DNA from: a virus
Reading direction: 5' to 3' (one strand)
IMG/VR virus record: IMGVR_UViG_3300050016_000116
Coordinates: 1 to 64,000 of that record
DNA: 64,000 bases
Shown here: positions 28,933-39,132 of the stretch, in pieces
How the letters are laid out: every line of letters starts with the position of its first letter
Position numbering within the stretch: position 1 is the first letter of the stretch
Notes under the pieces: model-generated
What the model was told of the DNA's origin: nothing
Database searches by the model: none
The model's input: the letters and a program-made list of their open reading frames with translations, nothing else
Program-made: the position numbers and the translations under genes

Positions 28933-31169
28933 TGCGAAAGCGCGTGAAGGAGAAGGAGGAGCGTGCGGCGTCGCAGAAGCGGGTCACGGGACTCGCGGCT
29001 GCGGCCAAGGCGTTCGGAGCGTTCCGCCCGGCAACGGAGGTGCTGAAGCGAGTTCGGGCGGTCCCAACGCGGTTCGTGCAGTTCGATCACGCCACACGAG
29101 TTGGTGGATTCCCGATCGAGCGCTTCTCCCTCCTTCACGGTCCCTCCAATGAGGGGAAGGCCCAGCCTACTTCGGAGTCTGTTCTGACTCCGAGTGGATG
29201 GGTCCCGATTGGAGAGCTTTGTGTAGGGGATAAGGTCATTGGAAGTTCTGGCGAAGCAACGCGCGTTACAGGAGTTTTTCCGCAGGGGCGTAAGAAGATT
29301 GTGCGCGTGGTCCTCGATGATGGGACGAGTACAAGGTGCTGCAAAGAACACCTTTGGTTTACGACCACGATTGTGGAGTTGAATCGTGGTCGTTACGTTC
29401 GACTTCCACGTCCGGGAAGGAGTCGTGTCACAACTGGAAAGGAAGGGAAGGGGAGCGTCAAGAAGACGGAGGACATTGCACGTACTATTGACGATGGGCA
29501 CTATCTTCCGGCTCATGGTGTAGTTCAGTTCGATCTTGGTCTCCCGGATCCATTGCCCCTCGATCCGTACACGTTGGGTGCCTTGTTGGGAGATGGGTCA
29601 TTGACCGTCAACTCTCCCTTTCTCACATCGAGCGACTACGAGATCATGCACTCGGTTGCTGGGGGAGTGCGGGCAGTCGGAGATTGGGTCACTTGGGTAG
29701 AAGGAAAGACCTGTCTTGGGCTGCGCATCAATGGTGGTCGGACGCGGGAGATTCTGAAGAAGTTGGGAATCTGGGGTCACAAGTCAGACACGAAGACGGT
29801 TCCTGACACATACCTCTTTGCTTCTCCCGAGAAGCGATTGGATCTGCTTCGCGGTCTTATGGACACCGATGGGACGTTGAACAGTTCCACGACTAACGCT
29901 CAGTTTTGTACGACGTCGGTACATCTGCGTGATGCTGTTCTTCACTTGGTTCGCTCTCTTGGAGGTAGCGCGACTTTTTGGTTGAAGGAGACTCCGACGT
30001 TGCCAGCTTGGATTGTCGGGATCTGCTTCCAAGATGGGACGTGCCCGTTTCGTCTCAGGCGCAAGGCTGAGAAGTGGACGAGGATGCGAAAGCGGGTTGT
30101 TCGACGTCGAATCGTGAGAGTGGAGGATTGTGGGGAGAGTCAGTGTGTTTGCATACGGGTTGCAGCGAAGGATTCGCTGTATCTGACGGAAGACTTCATC
30201 CCAACTCACAACTCTCTATGGGCATTGGGACTCGTGGCGTCCTTCCTCCAGCGGGAGCACTTCGCGCTCTACGTGGACGCAGAGCGAACTACCCCGATCG
30301 ATTGGGTGCAGAACCTCCTCGGTCCTCTGCACTCCCATCCAGGCTTCTACGCGATCCGTCCGGACAACTACGAGGACACGATCGGAAAGGTGCGCTCCTT
30401 CCTGAACCTCGTGGCGCAGGTTCGGGCTGATGGGACTGTCCCACCGGACACCAGTGCGATCGTGGTGGTTGACAGCCTCAAGAAGCTAGTCCCGAAGGAT
30501 CTCATGGCGGAGATCCTGGAGGAGGTGAAGAAGCCAGCGGAGATCACCGCGGGGAGGGATCGGAAGGGGCAGATCCAGGCGAAGATGAATGCAGCTTGGA
30601 TGGACGAGTTGGTCCCCCTCCTCGAACACGCTCAGGCAGGCTTCCTCGCAATCGCCCGGGAGATGATCGATCCGGACAACACCGACGTCTGGGCGAAGAA
30701 GGCAGGGACCAACTACAAGGTCGGCGGAGGCACCGCGATCTACTACGACGCATCCCTGGTGGTTCGGGTCGAGCGCGATGGGTGGGTGGCGAAGAAGAGT
30801 GCGGAGAAGGGGGTCAGAGACATCACCTACGGGGAGCGCCACAAGGTCACTGTCCGGAAGACGAAGATCGGCGGGAAGGAAGGGCGGGACACGGTCTGCT
30901 ACTTCCACTCTTCCAACGGAGTCCTCATCCCCGAAGGGTTCGACCGAGCCAGGGACGTGCTGGAACTCGGGGTCAAGTTCGGGGTCATCGAGCAGTCAGG
31001 CGCCTGGTTCTCGTTCGAGGGAGAGAAGCTCGGAGCTGGGCTGCATGCGGTAGTGAAGGCGCTCACGGAGCACCCGGAGCTGCTGGCGACGATCGAGTCA
31101 GTGGTGCGTGGGCAGTTCCGGAAGGTGGAACCCGAGGACTTCGATCCCGAGCCAGGGGAAGTGACGTGA
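28932..31169 (+). CDS. recA: RecA-like recombinase with intein
   Basis: GGFPIERFSLLHGPSNEGK|S, YVDAE, IVVVDS, GGGTAIYYDASL, QSGAWFSFEGEKLG. Confidence 0.92.
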   Translation: MRKRVKEKEERAASQKRVTGLAAAAKAFGAFRPATEVLKRVRAVPTRFVQFDHATRVGGFPIERFSLLHGPSNEGKAQPTSESVLTPSGWVPIGELCVGDKVIGSSGEATRVTGVFPQGRKKIVRVVLDDGTSTRCCKEHLWFTTTIVELNRGRYVRLPRPGRSRVTTGKEGKGSVKKTEDIARTIDDGHYLPAHGVVQFDLGLPDPLPLDPYTLGALLGDGSLTVNSPFLTSSDYEIMHSVAGGVRAVGDWVTWVEGKTCLGLRINGGRTREILKKLGIWGHKSDTKTVPDTYLFASPEKRLDLLRGLMDTDGTLNSSTTNAQFCTTSVHLRDAVLHLVRSLGGSATFWLKETPTLPAWIVGICFQDGTCPFRLRRKAEKWTRMRKRVVRRRIVRVEDCGESQCVCIRVAAKDSLYLTEDFIPTHNSLWALGLVASFLQREHFALYVDAERTTPIDWVQNLLGPLHSHPGFYAIRPDNYEDTIGKVRSFLNLVAQVRADGTVPPDTSAIVVVDSLKKLVPKDLMAEILEEVKKPAEITAGRDRKGQIQAKMNAAWMDELVPLLEHAQAGFLAIAREMIDPDNTDVWAKKAGTNYKVGGGTAIYYDASLVVRVERDGWVAKKSAEKGVRDITYGERHKVTVRKTKIGGKEGRDTVCYFHSSNGVLIPEGFDRARDVLELGVKFGVIEQSGAWFSFEGEKLGAGLHAVVKALTEHPELLATIESVVRGQFRKVEPEDFDPEPGEVT
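29160..30212 (+). mobile_element. Class 3-type intein with LAGLIDADG endonuclease in the RecA P-loop
   Basis: Starts AQP; block B HLW, block F CVCIRV, ends PTHN|S; LGALLGDG and LLRGLMDTDG. Confidence 0.92.
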
Positions 31170-31525
31170 GTTGGATCCGAGATGCGATCCGGATCTTAGT
31201 CTGCGGCATTCTGCGTGAGCGACGTCACAAGAGGGGCAAGCGAGCTTCTCTGGGACTCGTTCCGAAGTTCGATGCGTATCTCCAGCAGCGGCGCCTCTAC
31301 GACTTCCCGGTATGTGAGCAGCTAGCAGAGCGCCAGGACCGACTCATCAAGCGGCATCCCCACGTGCACATGAGTCAGATGACCGTGTTGGATCCGAGAC
31401 TCGGGATTGCGGAACGACATCGGTACGGACGGTCGACAGCACCCGTCCAACTTCCTCCACCTCCCCTTGCAGCTCTCCCACCGAAGAAGCCTGCGATGAT
31501 CACCGCGAAGAAGGGATCCAAGTGA
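31166..31525 (+). CDS. Hypothetical protein
   Basis: GTGA coupling at both ends. Confidence 0.5.
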   Translation: MSWIRDAIRILVCGILRERRHKRGKRASLGLVPKFDAYLQQRRLYDFPVCEQLAERQDRLIKRHPHVHMSQMTVLDPRLGIAERHRYGRSTAPVQLPPPPLAALPPKKPAMITAKKGSK

Positions 31526-32241
31526 AGCTTCTCTGCACGTCAGACTGGCACGGGGACCACATCACCGAGGGTGTCTCCCGGTTCGAGGACATCGCGAAGG
31601 CAGTGGAGCAGACGGTGCGCGCTGCGGTGGATGAGAAGGTGGACCACTACTGCTTCCTCGGAGACCTCGCAGACCCGGACAAGAGCATGACGGTGTTCCG
31701 CACCATTGGTCTTGCGCAGGATGTTGCGATGGAGCTGCGCCAGTATCCGATCTGCTCCCACTGGCTCGCGGGTAACCACGACGTCATCGAGGATGGGTCC
31801 GACACAACTACTCTCACCCCTCTCCGCTCTCTTCAGCTCGAAGGGCTCACCCACGTCTACGAGAACCCTGGCTACGTCAAGCTCTCAGCGGGACCGGAGC
31901 CGACACGTCTTCTTGCGCTCCCCTACACCGCGACGAGCAACCCCTACGACCCTGTCCACTTCGCGAGCAACGAACTCGATTCCCAGGACACCCTCATCGT
32001 CCTCTCCCATCTCAACCTCTCCGGCATCACCCCGGGCTCAGAGACGAAGGAGATCCCGAGAGGGCGGGAGGTCTGTCTGCCATTCGGGATGTTCCGTTCA
32101 CGTCCGGGGAAGACGATCTTGCTGAGCGGCCACTACCACGAGCGCCAGCGCTACGAGAACGTAGAGATCGTCGGATCTCTGGTTCGGCTCTCCTTCGGGG
32201 AAGAGGGGCACACCCCCGGCTTCCTCATCCTGGAGGTCTAG
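31522..32241 (+). CDS. SbcD/Mre11-like metallophosphoesterase (nuclease domain only)
   Basis: SDWH, LGDLAD, GNHD, SH, SGHYH, VGS..SFGEE. Confidence 0.88.
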   Translation: MKLLCTSDWHGDHITEGVSRFEDIAKAVEQTVRAAVDEKVDHYCFLGDLADPDKSMTVFRTIGLAQDVAMELRQYPICSHWLAGNHDVIEDGSDTTTLTPLRSLQLEGLTHVYENPGYVKLSAGPEPTRLLALPYTATSNPYDPVHFASNELDSQDTLIVLSHLNLSGITPGSETKEIPRGREVCLPFGMFRSRPGKTILLSGHYHERQRYENVEIVGSLVRLSFGEEGHTPGFLILEV

Positions 32242-32247
32242 GACACC

Positions 32248-32745
32248 ATGAGGAAGCGCTCAGGAGCCTCTCAGACGTGTCCGGACCCCTCTGAGGCTTC
32301 GGACCCCCATACCACCCCCCAAGACGCGTCTGAGTGGCAGCAGGGAGCAGACGCGAGGGATTCGAAAAGCGCTTTTCGAATGCGCTTCATCCCGACGAAG
32401 GACGCGAAGACGTTTCTTACGATCGGTCCCGAGGGTGATGATTGGACAGGGGAAGACTATCCGGAGTGCGAGTTCATTCCAGCGACTTTTGTTCGGTTGC
32501 GACCTCCTCCCGGAGTGACTCAGGACTACATCGAGCGGATGCGCAAAGGAGCAGAGAAAGCTGGAGCGGTGGTGAAGTACCTCCCCGCGACAGAGGCAGC
32601 GGTGGTCACCGACCAAGCTGCACCCGTCACCGATGCGAAGAGCATCCGGGAGACGGTCTCGCAGCTCGTGGAGGAAGCGCGAACCTCTGACCGAGAAGCG
32701 CTCTCAGCGCTGGTTGAATCCACTCTCGCCAAGGTGTCCCTATGA
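32248..32745 (+). CDS. Probable C-terminal (capping) part of the SbcD-like protein as a separate ORF
   Basis: Same frame as the upstream gene after a single TAG; RFIPT..FLTI..FVRL; alternative start 32380. Confidence 0.55.
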   Translation: MRKRSGASQTCPDPSEASDPHTTPQDASEWQQGADARDSKSAFRMRFIPTKDAKTFLTIGPEGDDWTGEDYPECEFIPATFVRLRPPPGVTQDYIERMRKGAEKAGAVVKYLPATEAAVVTDQAAPVTDAKSIRETVSQLVEEARTSDREALSALVESTLAKVSL

Positions 32746-33167
32746 GACCGAGCTTCCGATCCATCTACATGAACCTTGCTTCCAACATGAGCGAGCGGTC
32801 GACTTGCGCCAGGCTCCACGTGGGCTGCGTCATCTCCTCCCCGGACTTCCGGCGCATCTACGCAGTCGGGTACAACGGGAACGCATCCGGGACGAGGAAC
32901 GAGTGTGACCTCACGGGGGAGGCTGCGGTGGGCAACTGCGGGTGCCTCCACGCGGAGGAGAACGCGATCATCAACTGCGACACACCGCGCGAGCGGGAGA
33001 AGATCGTGTTTTGCACGAACCTCCCATGCCTCATGTGCGCCAAGAGGCTCATCAACCTCGGAGGAGTCCGCGACGTCTACTTCAAGGAGGACTATCGGAA
33101 GAAGGAAGGGCAGGAGCTTCTGACCCGGGTGGGGATCCGAGTCGTCCAGTTCGCTGGTGACTCCTGA
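32742..33167 (+). CDS. dCMP deaminase
   Basis: RSTCARLHVG, GYNG, HAEENA, PCLMC. Confidence 0.92.
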   Translation: MRPSFRSIYMNLASNMSERSTCARLHVGCVISSPDFRRIYAVGYNGNASGTRNECDLTGEAAVGNCGCLHAEENAIINCDTPREREKIVFCTNLPCLMCAKRLINLGGVRDVYFKEDYRKKEGQELLTRVGIRVVQFAGDS

Positions 33168-35083
33168 TGTGGATCAAGAAGTTGCGACTCCACAACTGGA
33201 TGTCCTTCCGCGGGGAGATGGTGCTGGACCTTGAGCCCAAGATCTACGCTCTCTCTGCGCGCCACGTGAAGGACCCAGGGCGTTCCAACTTCCTCGGCAA
33301 GTCAGCTCTCCTGGAAGCAATCTTCTTCGCGCTCACCGGCAAGCTCAACCCGGATCGGCATCTCGGGGCAGACGGGTGGGTGTCGGATGGGGAGAAGGAA
33401 GGAGCCGTCTCTATCGTCTTCAACGACGGGAAGGAGATCCGACGCGAGCGCAAGAAGACCACGCAGATCTACTTCGACAAGGCGAAGGGGGACGAAGCGC
33501 AAGCGCTCATTGACGGGTTTGTGGGGCTCACCCCAGAGGACTTCCTGGCTACCTGCTACTTCCAGCAACGCCAGATGGCCCGGTTGGTACTCGCAGATCC
33601 GGGGGAGCGGATGAAGTACGTGCGCGCCTGGTTTCAGCTCGAACCTCTCGAACGAGGGGAGGAGATGCTGCGCGATGAGGCGGCACGTCTTGCTGCGGAG
33701 ATCGAGCAGTGCAACGCGAGCATCCGGAGCACCACCGAGGTAGAAGCACGCGAGGGAACACTGGAGGGGCTGAAGGAGGTTCTTCTCCAACTAGAGCGCG
33801 ATCTGGAGATCGTTATCGACAGGGAGGCGCGACTCACAACGCTCGTGCGCGAGAACGATGACCGGATGCGCGCCAAGGGGAGGGTGAAGGAGCACGAGGA
33901 GATCAAGCGGGAGATCGCAGAGCTTGAGACCCAGATGGAGCAGATGGCGTCACACACTGCTGCCATGATGCTCACTGAGGCACGCGAGGTCGCGACGAAG
34001 GCTCACACCAAGTTCTCTGACGTTCACCGTCAGCTTGAACAGAAGAAGAAGCTTTCCCTCAAGCAGTTCGATGGGCACTGTCCGGTGGGGGAGATGAAGT
34101 GCCCGGTCACGAAGGAACTCAACTCCCAGACTGCCCACAACGCGAAGCTGGTCACCGAGGTCGAGAAGGAGCTGGCAGTGGCCCGGGAAGATCTCGATGA
34201 CGCGAAGTCATCCGAGCGGAGTGCCGACTTGAAGATGCAGAGTGTGGAGCGGATACGAACCCGCATTGAGGAGCTTCAGAATCGGGAAGTGAAGCTCTCG
34301 ATTCTCATCTCTGAGGTCGACCCAATCCCCCCTGCGGATCCCGAAGATCTCCAAGCACGTCTCTCCAGAGCTTCTCAACAGGTTGGGGACAAACGTTCTG
34401 CGTTTCGTCTCCGCCAAGAGGGACTTGGACTTGTGGAGAACGCACGAGCGCAACGGGAGAAGTACACCGCGAAGAAGGAAGGCTACGAGAAGCAGCTCCA
34501 GACACACCGGGAAGCGATCGTCATCTTCGGCAAGCAGGGAGCCCAGCGACGAGTGGCGGAGCCCGCTCTCAGGGAGATCCAGAACGGGGGCAACGCGATG
34601 CTCCAGGAGTGCTCCATTCCTCTCGACTTCGAGATCTCCTGGTCTCGGGAGGGAGCGGGACCGGCGAAGACGTGTGACGCCTGCGGCTCCCCTTTCCCAG
34701 CTTCTCGTGCGGTGAAGGAGTGCTCCCGGTGCAAGACACCCAGAGGTCAGCTCCTCGTGAACAAGCTGGACCTCATCCTCTCCGAGCAGTCAGGCGCAGC
34801 AGAAGACCTCATCGGCGCTAGTATCCAGTTTGCTGCGTCAGCTTGGCTCCGGAGACGTCGCGGTAGCTTCTGGTCGACAGCGCTCCTGGACGAGCCAGCG
34901 GGGCAGTTGGACGAGACGCACCGCGCTGCGTTCGCATCCCATCTCGCGGCGCTCCTCGGGACTCGCTACGGGTTCGAGCAAGCGATCGTCACCGCGCACC
35001 ACCGCTCATTCCTCGATGTGCTCCCAGGCAAGATCGAGATTCTGCACGACGGCAAACGAGCGACAGCGAGGGTCGTCATATGA
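33167..35083 (+). CDS. SbcC/Rad50-like ATPase
   Basis: KLRLHNWMSF, SNFLGKS, zinc-hook-like CPVGEMKC, SGAAEDL signature, LLDEP, TAHH. Confidence 0.88.
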   Translation: MWIKKLRLHNWMSFRGEMVLDLEPKIYALSARHVKDPGRSNFLGKSALLEAIFFALTGKLNPDRHLGADGWVSDGEKEGAVSIVFNDGKEIRRERKKTTQIYFDKAKGDEAQALIDGFVGLTPEDFLATCYFQQRQMARLVLADPGERMKYVRAWFQLEPLERGEEMLRDEAARLAAEIEQCNASIRSTTEVEAREGTLEGLKEVLLQLERDLEIVIDREARLTTLVRENDDRMRAKGRVKEHEEIKREIAELETQMEQMASHTAAMMLTEAREVATKAHTKFSDVHRQLEQKKKLSLKQFDGHCPVGEMKCPVTKELNSQTAHNAKLVTEVEKELAVAREDLDDAKSSERSADLKMQSVERIRTRIEELQNREVKLSILISEVDPIPPADPEDLQARLSRASQQVGDKRSAFRLRQEGLGLVENARAQREKYTAKKEGYEKQLQTHREAIVIFGKQGAQRRVAEPALREIQNGGNAMLQECSIPLDFEISWSREGAGPAKTCDACGSPFPASRAVKECSRCKTPRGQLLVNKLDLILSEQSGAAEDLIGASIQFAASAWLRRRRGSFWSTALLDEPAGQLDETHRAAFASHLAALLGTRYGFEQAIVTAHHRSFLDVLPGKIEILHDGKRATARVVI

Positions 35084-35652
35084 GGAAGCGTGTTGCTCCC
35101 ATCCGGGCAGAACAACCGATGCCCAATGGCGGACTCGCGACGATCGGGTTGGACCTCTCGCTCAGGCGCTCTGCCTTCTGCGTCATCCCGTCAACGTGGA
35201 GCCCGGGGGATTGGGAGCGACTTCACACGGGAGTCGTCCAGCCAGAAGGAGATGGGATTCTCCGCATCGCAGCGATCATTGAGTCGTTTTCAATGGTCGT
35301 AGATGGGGTCTATCGAGGGGAGTTGGTCAAGCACGTCTTCATCGAGCAGTACGCGTGGAGCGCGATGGGCAGTTCGTCCAAGCAGCACGAGATCATGGAG
35401 ATGGGGGGAGCGCTCAAGCTGAGGCTCTATCAGAAGTTCGGGCTGTTCACGACATCGTTCAATGCGTCTTCTGCGCGCAAGACTCTCTTCGGCAAGCTCC
35501 CGAGGATGAAGCGAGCGGAGTGGAAGAAGTTCGTGGTTCACCAGCTTCAGAAGATGGGAGCCCCATGGGATGATGACGACACGTGCGATGCGTTCGTGAT
35601 CGCGAACCACGGGCGCGGTGAGCTTGGACTCCCGGTGCTCTCCGTGGGGTGA
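35080..35652 (+). CDS. RuvC-like Holliday junction resolvase
   Basis: IGLDLSL, VFIEQY, DDTCDAFVIA. Confidence 0.8.
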   Translation: MRKRVAPIRAEQPMPNGGLATIGLDLSLRRSAFCVIPSTWSPGDWERLHTGVVQPEGDGILRIAAIIESFSMVVDGVYRGELVKHVFIEQYAWSAMGSSSKQHEIMEMGGALKLRLYQKFGLFTTSFNASSARKTLFGKLPRMKRAEWKKFVVHQLQKMGAPWDDDDTCDAFVIANHGRGELGLPVLSVG

Positions 35653-35689
35653 AGGTTCGTGGTAGGTTCTCGGTTCTCTGGAGGCGCAC

Positions 35690-36385
35690 ATGAGGAAGAG
35701 GGAAGAGAAGAAGGTCACGGAAGGACCGAGGTTCACGGGAGCCCTTCCCACGCTCACGGCGCTCCCGGTCGTGAAGCCGAATACGTGGAACCCGTTCGCG
35801 ATGACCCCCTTCATGCGGGAGTCTCTCAAGCACGGGCTCCAGACGGATGGGTGGCTCTCTTCCCAATCACTTCTCATCTGGGCGTCTGACGAGAAGGGGA
35901 AGAGCAAGAACATCATCATCGACGGTGAGCACCGCTGGACGGTGGCTCTGGAGCTGGGCTTCAAGGAAGGTCCGATGGTCTTCCTGCATAAGATCACCGA
36001 GGCCGAGGCGAAGAAGCTCACTGCGGCGCTGAACAACAAGCACGGGCGTCCGGACGATGACAAGATGGGTGCTCTGCTCCGCTCCATCCAGTCCGAGGAG
36101 GCACCGACTTCGCTGGACGTCGGTATCGAGAATGACCAGCTGATGAAGCTCCTCGCAGAGCCCAAGATCCCGATGAAGGATCCGGACGGACCGGGTGCCA
36201 ACGGGAAGCCGGAGTCCCACGATCCTCTCCCTGCGTCCAACGCGAGGATGGTGCAGCTCTACTTCGTGAAGGAGACCCACGAGGAGTTCACGAAGCTCAC
36301 GCGTGCGCTCGCAGAGAGGTACAACGTGAAGAACACAACCGACGCTGTTCTCGAAGCGTGCCGCCAGGCTTACAAGAAGAAGTAG
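35690..36385 (+). CDS. ParB/Srx-like protein
   Basis: PNTWNP, IIIDGEHRW, LNNKHG. Confidence 0.85.
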   Translation: MRKREEKKVTEGPRFTGALPTLTALPVVKPNTWNPFAMTPFMRESLKHGLQTDGWLSSQSLLIWASDEKGKSKNIIIDGEHRWTVALELGFKEGPMVFLHKITEAEAKKLTAALNNKHGRPDDDKMGALLRSIQSEEAPTSLDVGIENDQLMKLLAEPKIPMKDPDGPGANGKPESHDPLPASNARMVQLYFVKETHEEFTKLTRALAERYNVKNTTDAVLEACRQAYKKK

Positions 36386-36389
36386 CCAC

Positions 36390-37265
36390 GTGCTCGTCCA
36401 GCTTCGCTCCCAGGCTTCCGCAGACGAGGTCAAGAAGCTCATCGCTTCCCGACCCGCACCCGAGCACGCGTCCCTCTTCCTCACGCAAGAGGCGACGATC
36501 TACAAGCCGAACGGGGACCGACTTCTGACGCTCGTGCGAGGGGGCATCTCCGAGAAGACCGCGGAGAGAGCGCGACCCTTCTATCACTCCCTCCACACTG
36601 TCATGACTCGCAATCGCGGTGCCTACGCTGGCGCCAGAAGGGCTCGCCCGGTCAGGAGCAACGGTACCCTGTCCAACACCTTTGAGACCGTCCCGGTGCG
36701 TTCCTGCATCCTCGGAGCTATGGATCGCTACCCTCGCAATCCCTTCTGCCGGCAGGCAGCGATCGTCGGGCAAGATCCTGAGGGATGGGAGATCGGACAG
36801 GAGCTTGTGCGGGAGGTCTCAGACGTCTTCAAGAGCCACTACCCCGAGCGGTTCCTCATCCAGCAGGCAATCGCAGAGACCACCCACAAGGACTACATCA
36901 TCAAGGGCACCCCCTTCACGACCATCACCGTGAACAACACGGTTCCTGCGGCCTATCACCGCGACGCTGGCGACTTCAAGCCGGGCTTCGGGGTCATGAC
37001 GGTTCTTCGGCGTGGCATCTACCGAGGGTGTGAGTTGGTCCTCCCTGCGTTCGGCGTGGCAGTCGACCTCCAGGACCGGGACGTCATCCTGTTCGATGTC
37101 CACGAGGTCCACGCCAATCTCCCTTTCATCGCGACGCAGGGGAAAGAGGTGGAGGATTGGGAAAGGATTAGCATAGTAGCGTATTATAGAGAACGAATGA
37201 TAGATTGCCTTCCACCTCGGGAAGAGGTTGAGAGGGCGAATAATCTACATGGGACGGTTCGATGA
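36390..37265 (+). CDS. 2OG-Fe(II) dioxygenase, TET/JBP (5-methylpyrimidine dioxygenase)-like
   Basis: FTTITVN..AYHRDAGD (HxD), LFDVHEVHAN (distal His), RISIVAYYRE. Confidence 0.85.
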   Translation: MLVQLRSQASADEVKKLIASRPAPEHASLFLTQEATIYKPNGDRLLTLVRGGISEKTAERARPFYHSLHTVMTRNRGAYAGARRARPVRSNGTLSNTFETVPVRSCILGAMDRYPRNPFCRQAAIVGQDPEGWEIGQELVREVSDVFKSHYPERFLIQQAIAETTHKDYIIKGTPFTTITVNNTVPAAYHRDAGDFKPGFGVMTVLRRGIYRGCELVLPAFGVAVDLQDRDVILFDVHEVHANLPFIATQGKEVEDWERISIVAYYRERMIDCLPPREEVERANNLHGTVR

Positions 37266-37306
37266 TCCCGCTGAGTTTTGGAGGAACGTAAAGAAGCGGT
37301 CTGGAA

Positions 37307-38227
37307 GTGATGAGACAACGGCCATTCTTGGGTGCATCTGGGTCGTTAGATGACGACTTCAAGACGTTCGCCAAGGCGCAGATCAAGACAGGAGACCTTG
37401 ACCCGACCTACTGGCTCCTGAAGCGAGCCTACGCGCGGGAAGGTCTTACGAAGGACATCGCTCTCTGGCGCACGCTTCTCTACGTGACTTGGTACCACCT
37501 CGGGTCATCGGAGAAGATGTGGACCCTTTTCCGATTCCCTCAGAAGATCCGTGAGCAGTTCGTGAAGGGACTCTCCACGGGAACGGAGCGAAGAGGGTTC
37601 AGGGGGAACGTCAACGCGGCTGCGTTCATCAACGACGTCCTGAACCGTGCTGCTACTTGCGGGGGAACTCTTCACGGGTGGATTGAACGAGTCGCAGGAG
37701 GGCACCTCTGGGCTTTTGGATGGAACAACATTCAGGTTGAGCTGATGATGGTGAAGAACGCAGGACCGTGGGCGAGCTACAAGTGGGCTGACCTTCTCAA
37801 GAACGTTCACAACTACGACATCACTGCGCCCGATCTCGGAGTCGGAGGAGGGAGCGCGACAGCGGGACCTATCCCGGGGATGGTTCGGCTCACTGGCAAG
37901 GACTGGAAGCAGTGCGCAACGGACATAGGACTTCAGTGCGCGCTTCTCGATCGCTACGTGGCGGAGGGTGTTCCCTTCTCGGGTCTCGACCAGTTGGAGA
38001 CGGCGCTCTGCGACTTCAACTCGCTCTGCAAGGGCGGGTACTACGTGGGGCACGACATCGACGGGATGATGAGTAATCTGCCTCCGAACAGTCCTCTCTG
38101 GCTCTCCCGAGACGTCTTCACCGAGTCAGTGCGCGGTGAGCGCCAAGGGTGGAACGGGGTTCGGAAGGAGCGGAAGAGCGTCTACAAGAACACGGGGCGA
38201 ATCATCCTCCCTTGGGAGCAGATGTGA
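37307..38227 (+). CDS. aGPT-Pplase clade 2 / amino acid:DNA transferase-like
   Basis: GDLDPTY, TGTERRGFRG, GPWASYKWAD, GPIPG, LETALCDF..GGYYVGHDI. Confidence 0.8.
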   Translation: MMRQRPFLGASGSLDDDFKTFAKAQIKTGDLDPTYWLLKRAYAREGLTKDIALWRTLLYVTWYHLGSSEKMWTLFRFPQKIREQFVKGLSTGTERRGFRGNVNAAAFINDVLNRAATCGGTLHGWIERVAGGHLWAFGWNNIQVELMMVKNAGPWASYKWADLLKNVHNYDITAPDLGVGGGSATAGPIPGMVRLTGKDWKQCATDIGLQCALLDRYVAEGVPFSGLDQLETALCDFNSLCKGGYYVGHDIDGMMSNLPPNSPLWLSRDVFTESVRGERQGWNGVRKERKSVYKNTGRIILPWEQM

Positions 38228-39117
38228 TTCACCTTCAGGGCATGGGGGTAGTCGGTTCCCTTCTCGCGTGGCAGCTCCTCCAGCGGAAGGTTCCCTTCAC
38301 GTGGAACGATGCAGAGACCAACATCAACGCGTGGAGCGCCAGCACGGGCTGTATCTATCCTTCGGGAGACCCACTCGACACCATTGCCTACAACGTCTGG
38401 AAGAATTGGGTAGCCAGTCCTCCGTGGAGGGTACCCGGGATGGTCGAGACGTCGGGCTACTGGTTCTGCACGAAGTCAGCTCCCAACGGGTTGAAGGGCG
38501 GGATCGAGGCTCAGGTGGGACCTCTCCGGCGCTCCACCTTCCCTGCGATGAACTTCAACGCGCAGGCGTTCGTGGCCATGACCAGGAAGATGTTCGCGAT
38601 GAAGCGGCTCACGTACTCAGCACCACGCGCAAAGAAGGTCGTGGTCACGCACGGATTCGGGGAGCGGCTTCACCACTACGTCTGGGGTTGGCATCGGAAG
38701 GTGAGGCTTCGCTTCCACGAGGACTTGGTCAACGCGGAGTTCTGCAAGCGCATGACCATCTCCCTCACGCGCGGGCGGTTCGTCATGGCGTACGCCTATC
38801 CCATGCCTGGCTATCCTGAGTGGTACTACGCGGGTTCTGACCGGGTGGTGCAGAAGACCGCCAAGGAGCTTGAGGTGCTCCCGAAGTATGAGGCGTGGCG
38901 CCGCAACTTCACGTCACTCTCGGGTGGGTTGATCGAGATCATGGAGGAGGGGGGAATCGCGCAGGGGTGGAGACCCGCAGGTCGTCCTGACGATGATGCG
39001 ATGGTCATGGAACTCACTGGACGGTTCGGGTCAGTGTTGGTCAAGCCTCAACGAGGGAACGGGGTTCGGCACGCTCCTCTGGTCTGTCGAGCGGTGATGA
39101 CAGCGTTGGGCTTCTGA
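38224..39117 (+). CDS. FAD-dependent oxidoreductase
   Basis: N-terminal GMGVVGSLLAWQL (GxGxxG), AWSASTG, GWRP, GNGVRHAP. Confidence 0.75.
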   Translation: MIHLQGMGVVGSLLAWQLLQRKVPFTWNDAETNINAWSASTGCIYPSGDPLDTIAYNVWKNWVASPPWRVPGMVETSGYWFCTKSAPNGLKGGIEAQVGPLRRSTFPAMNFNAQAFVAMTRKMFAMKRLTYSAPRAKKVVVTHGFGERLHHYVWGWHRKVRLRFHEDLVNAEFCKRMTISLTRGRFVMAYAYPMPGYPEWYYAGSDRVVQKTAKELEVLPKYEAWRRNFTSLSGGLIEIMEEGGIAQGWRPAGRPDDDAMVMELTGRFGSVLVKPQRGNGVRHAPLVCRAVMTALGF

Positions 39118-39132
39118 CGGCACTCTCGGGGG

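Noticed and set aside
32239-32241. Genome-wide amber (TAG) recoding
   Set aside because: Long genes are intact under code 11 and several genes end properly at TAG
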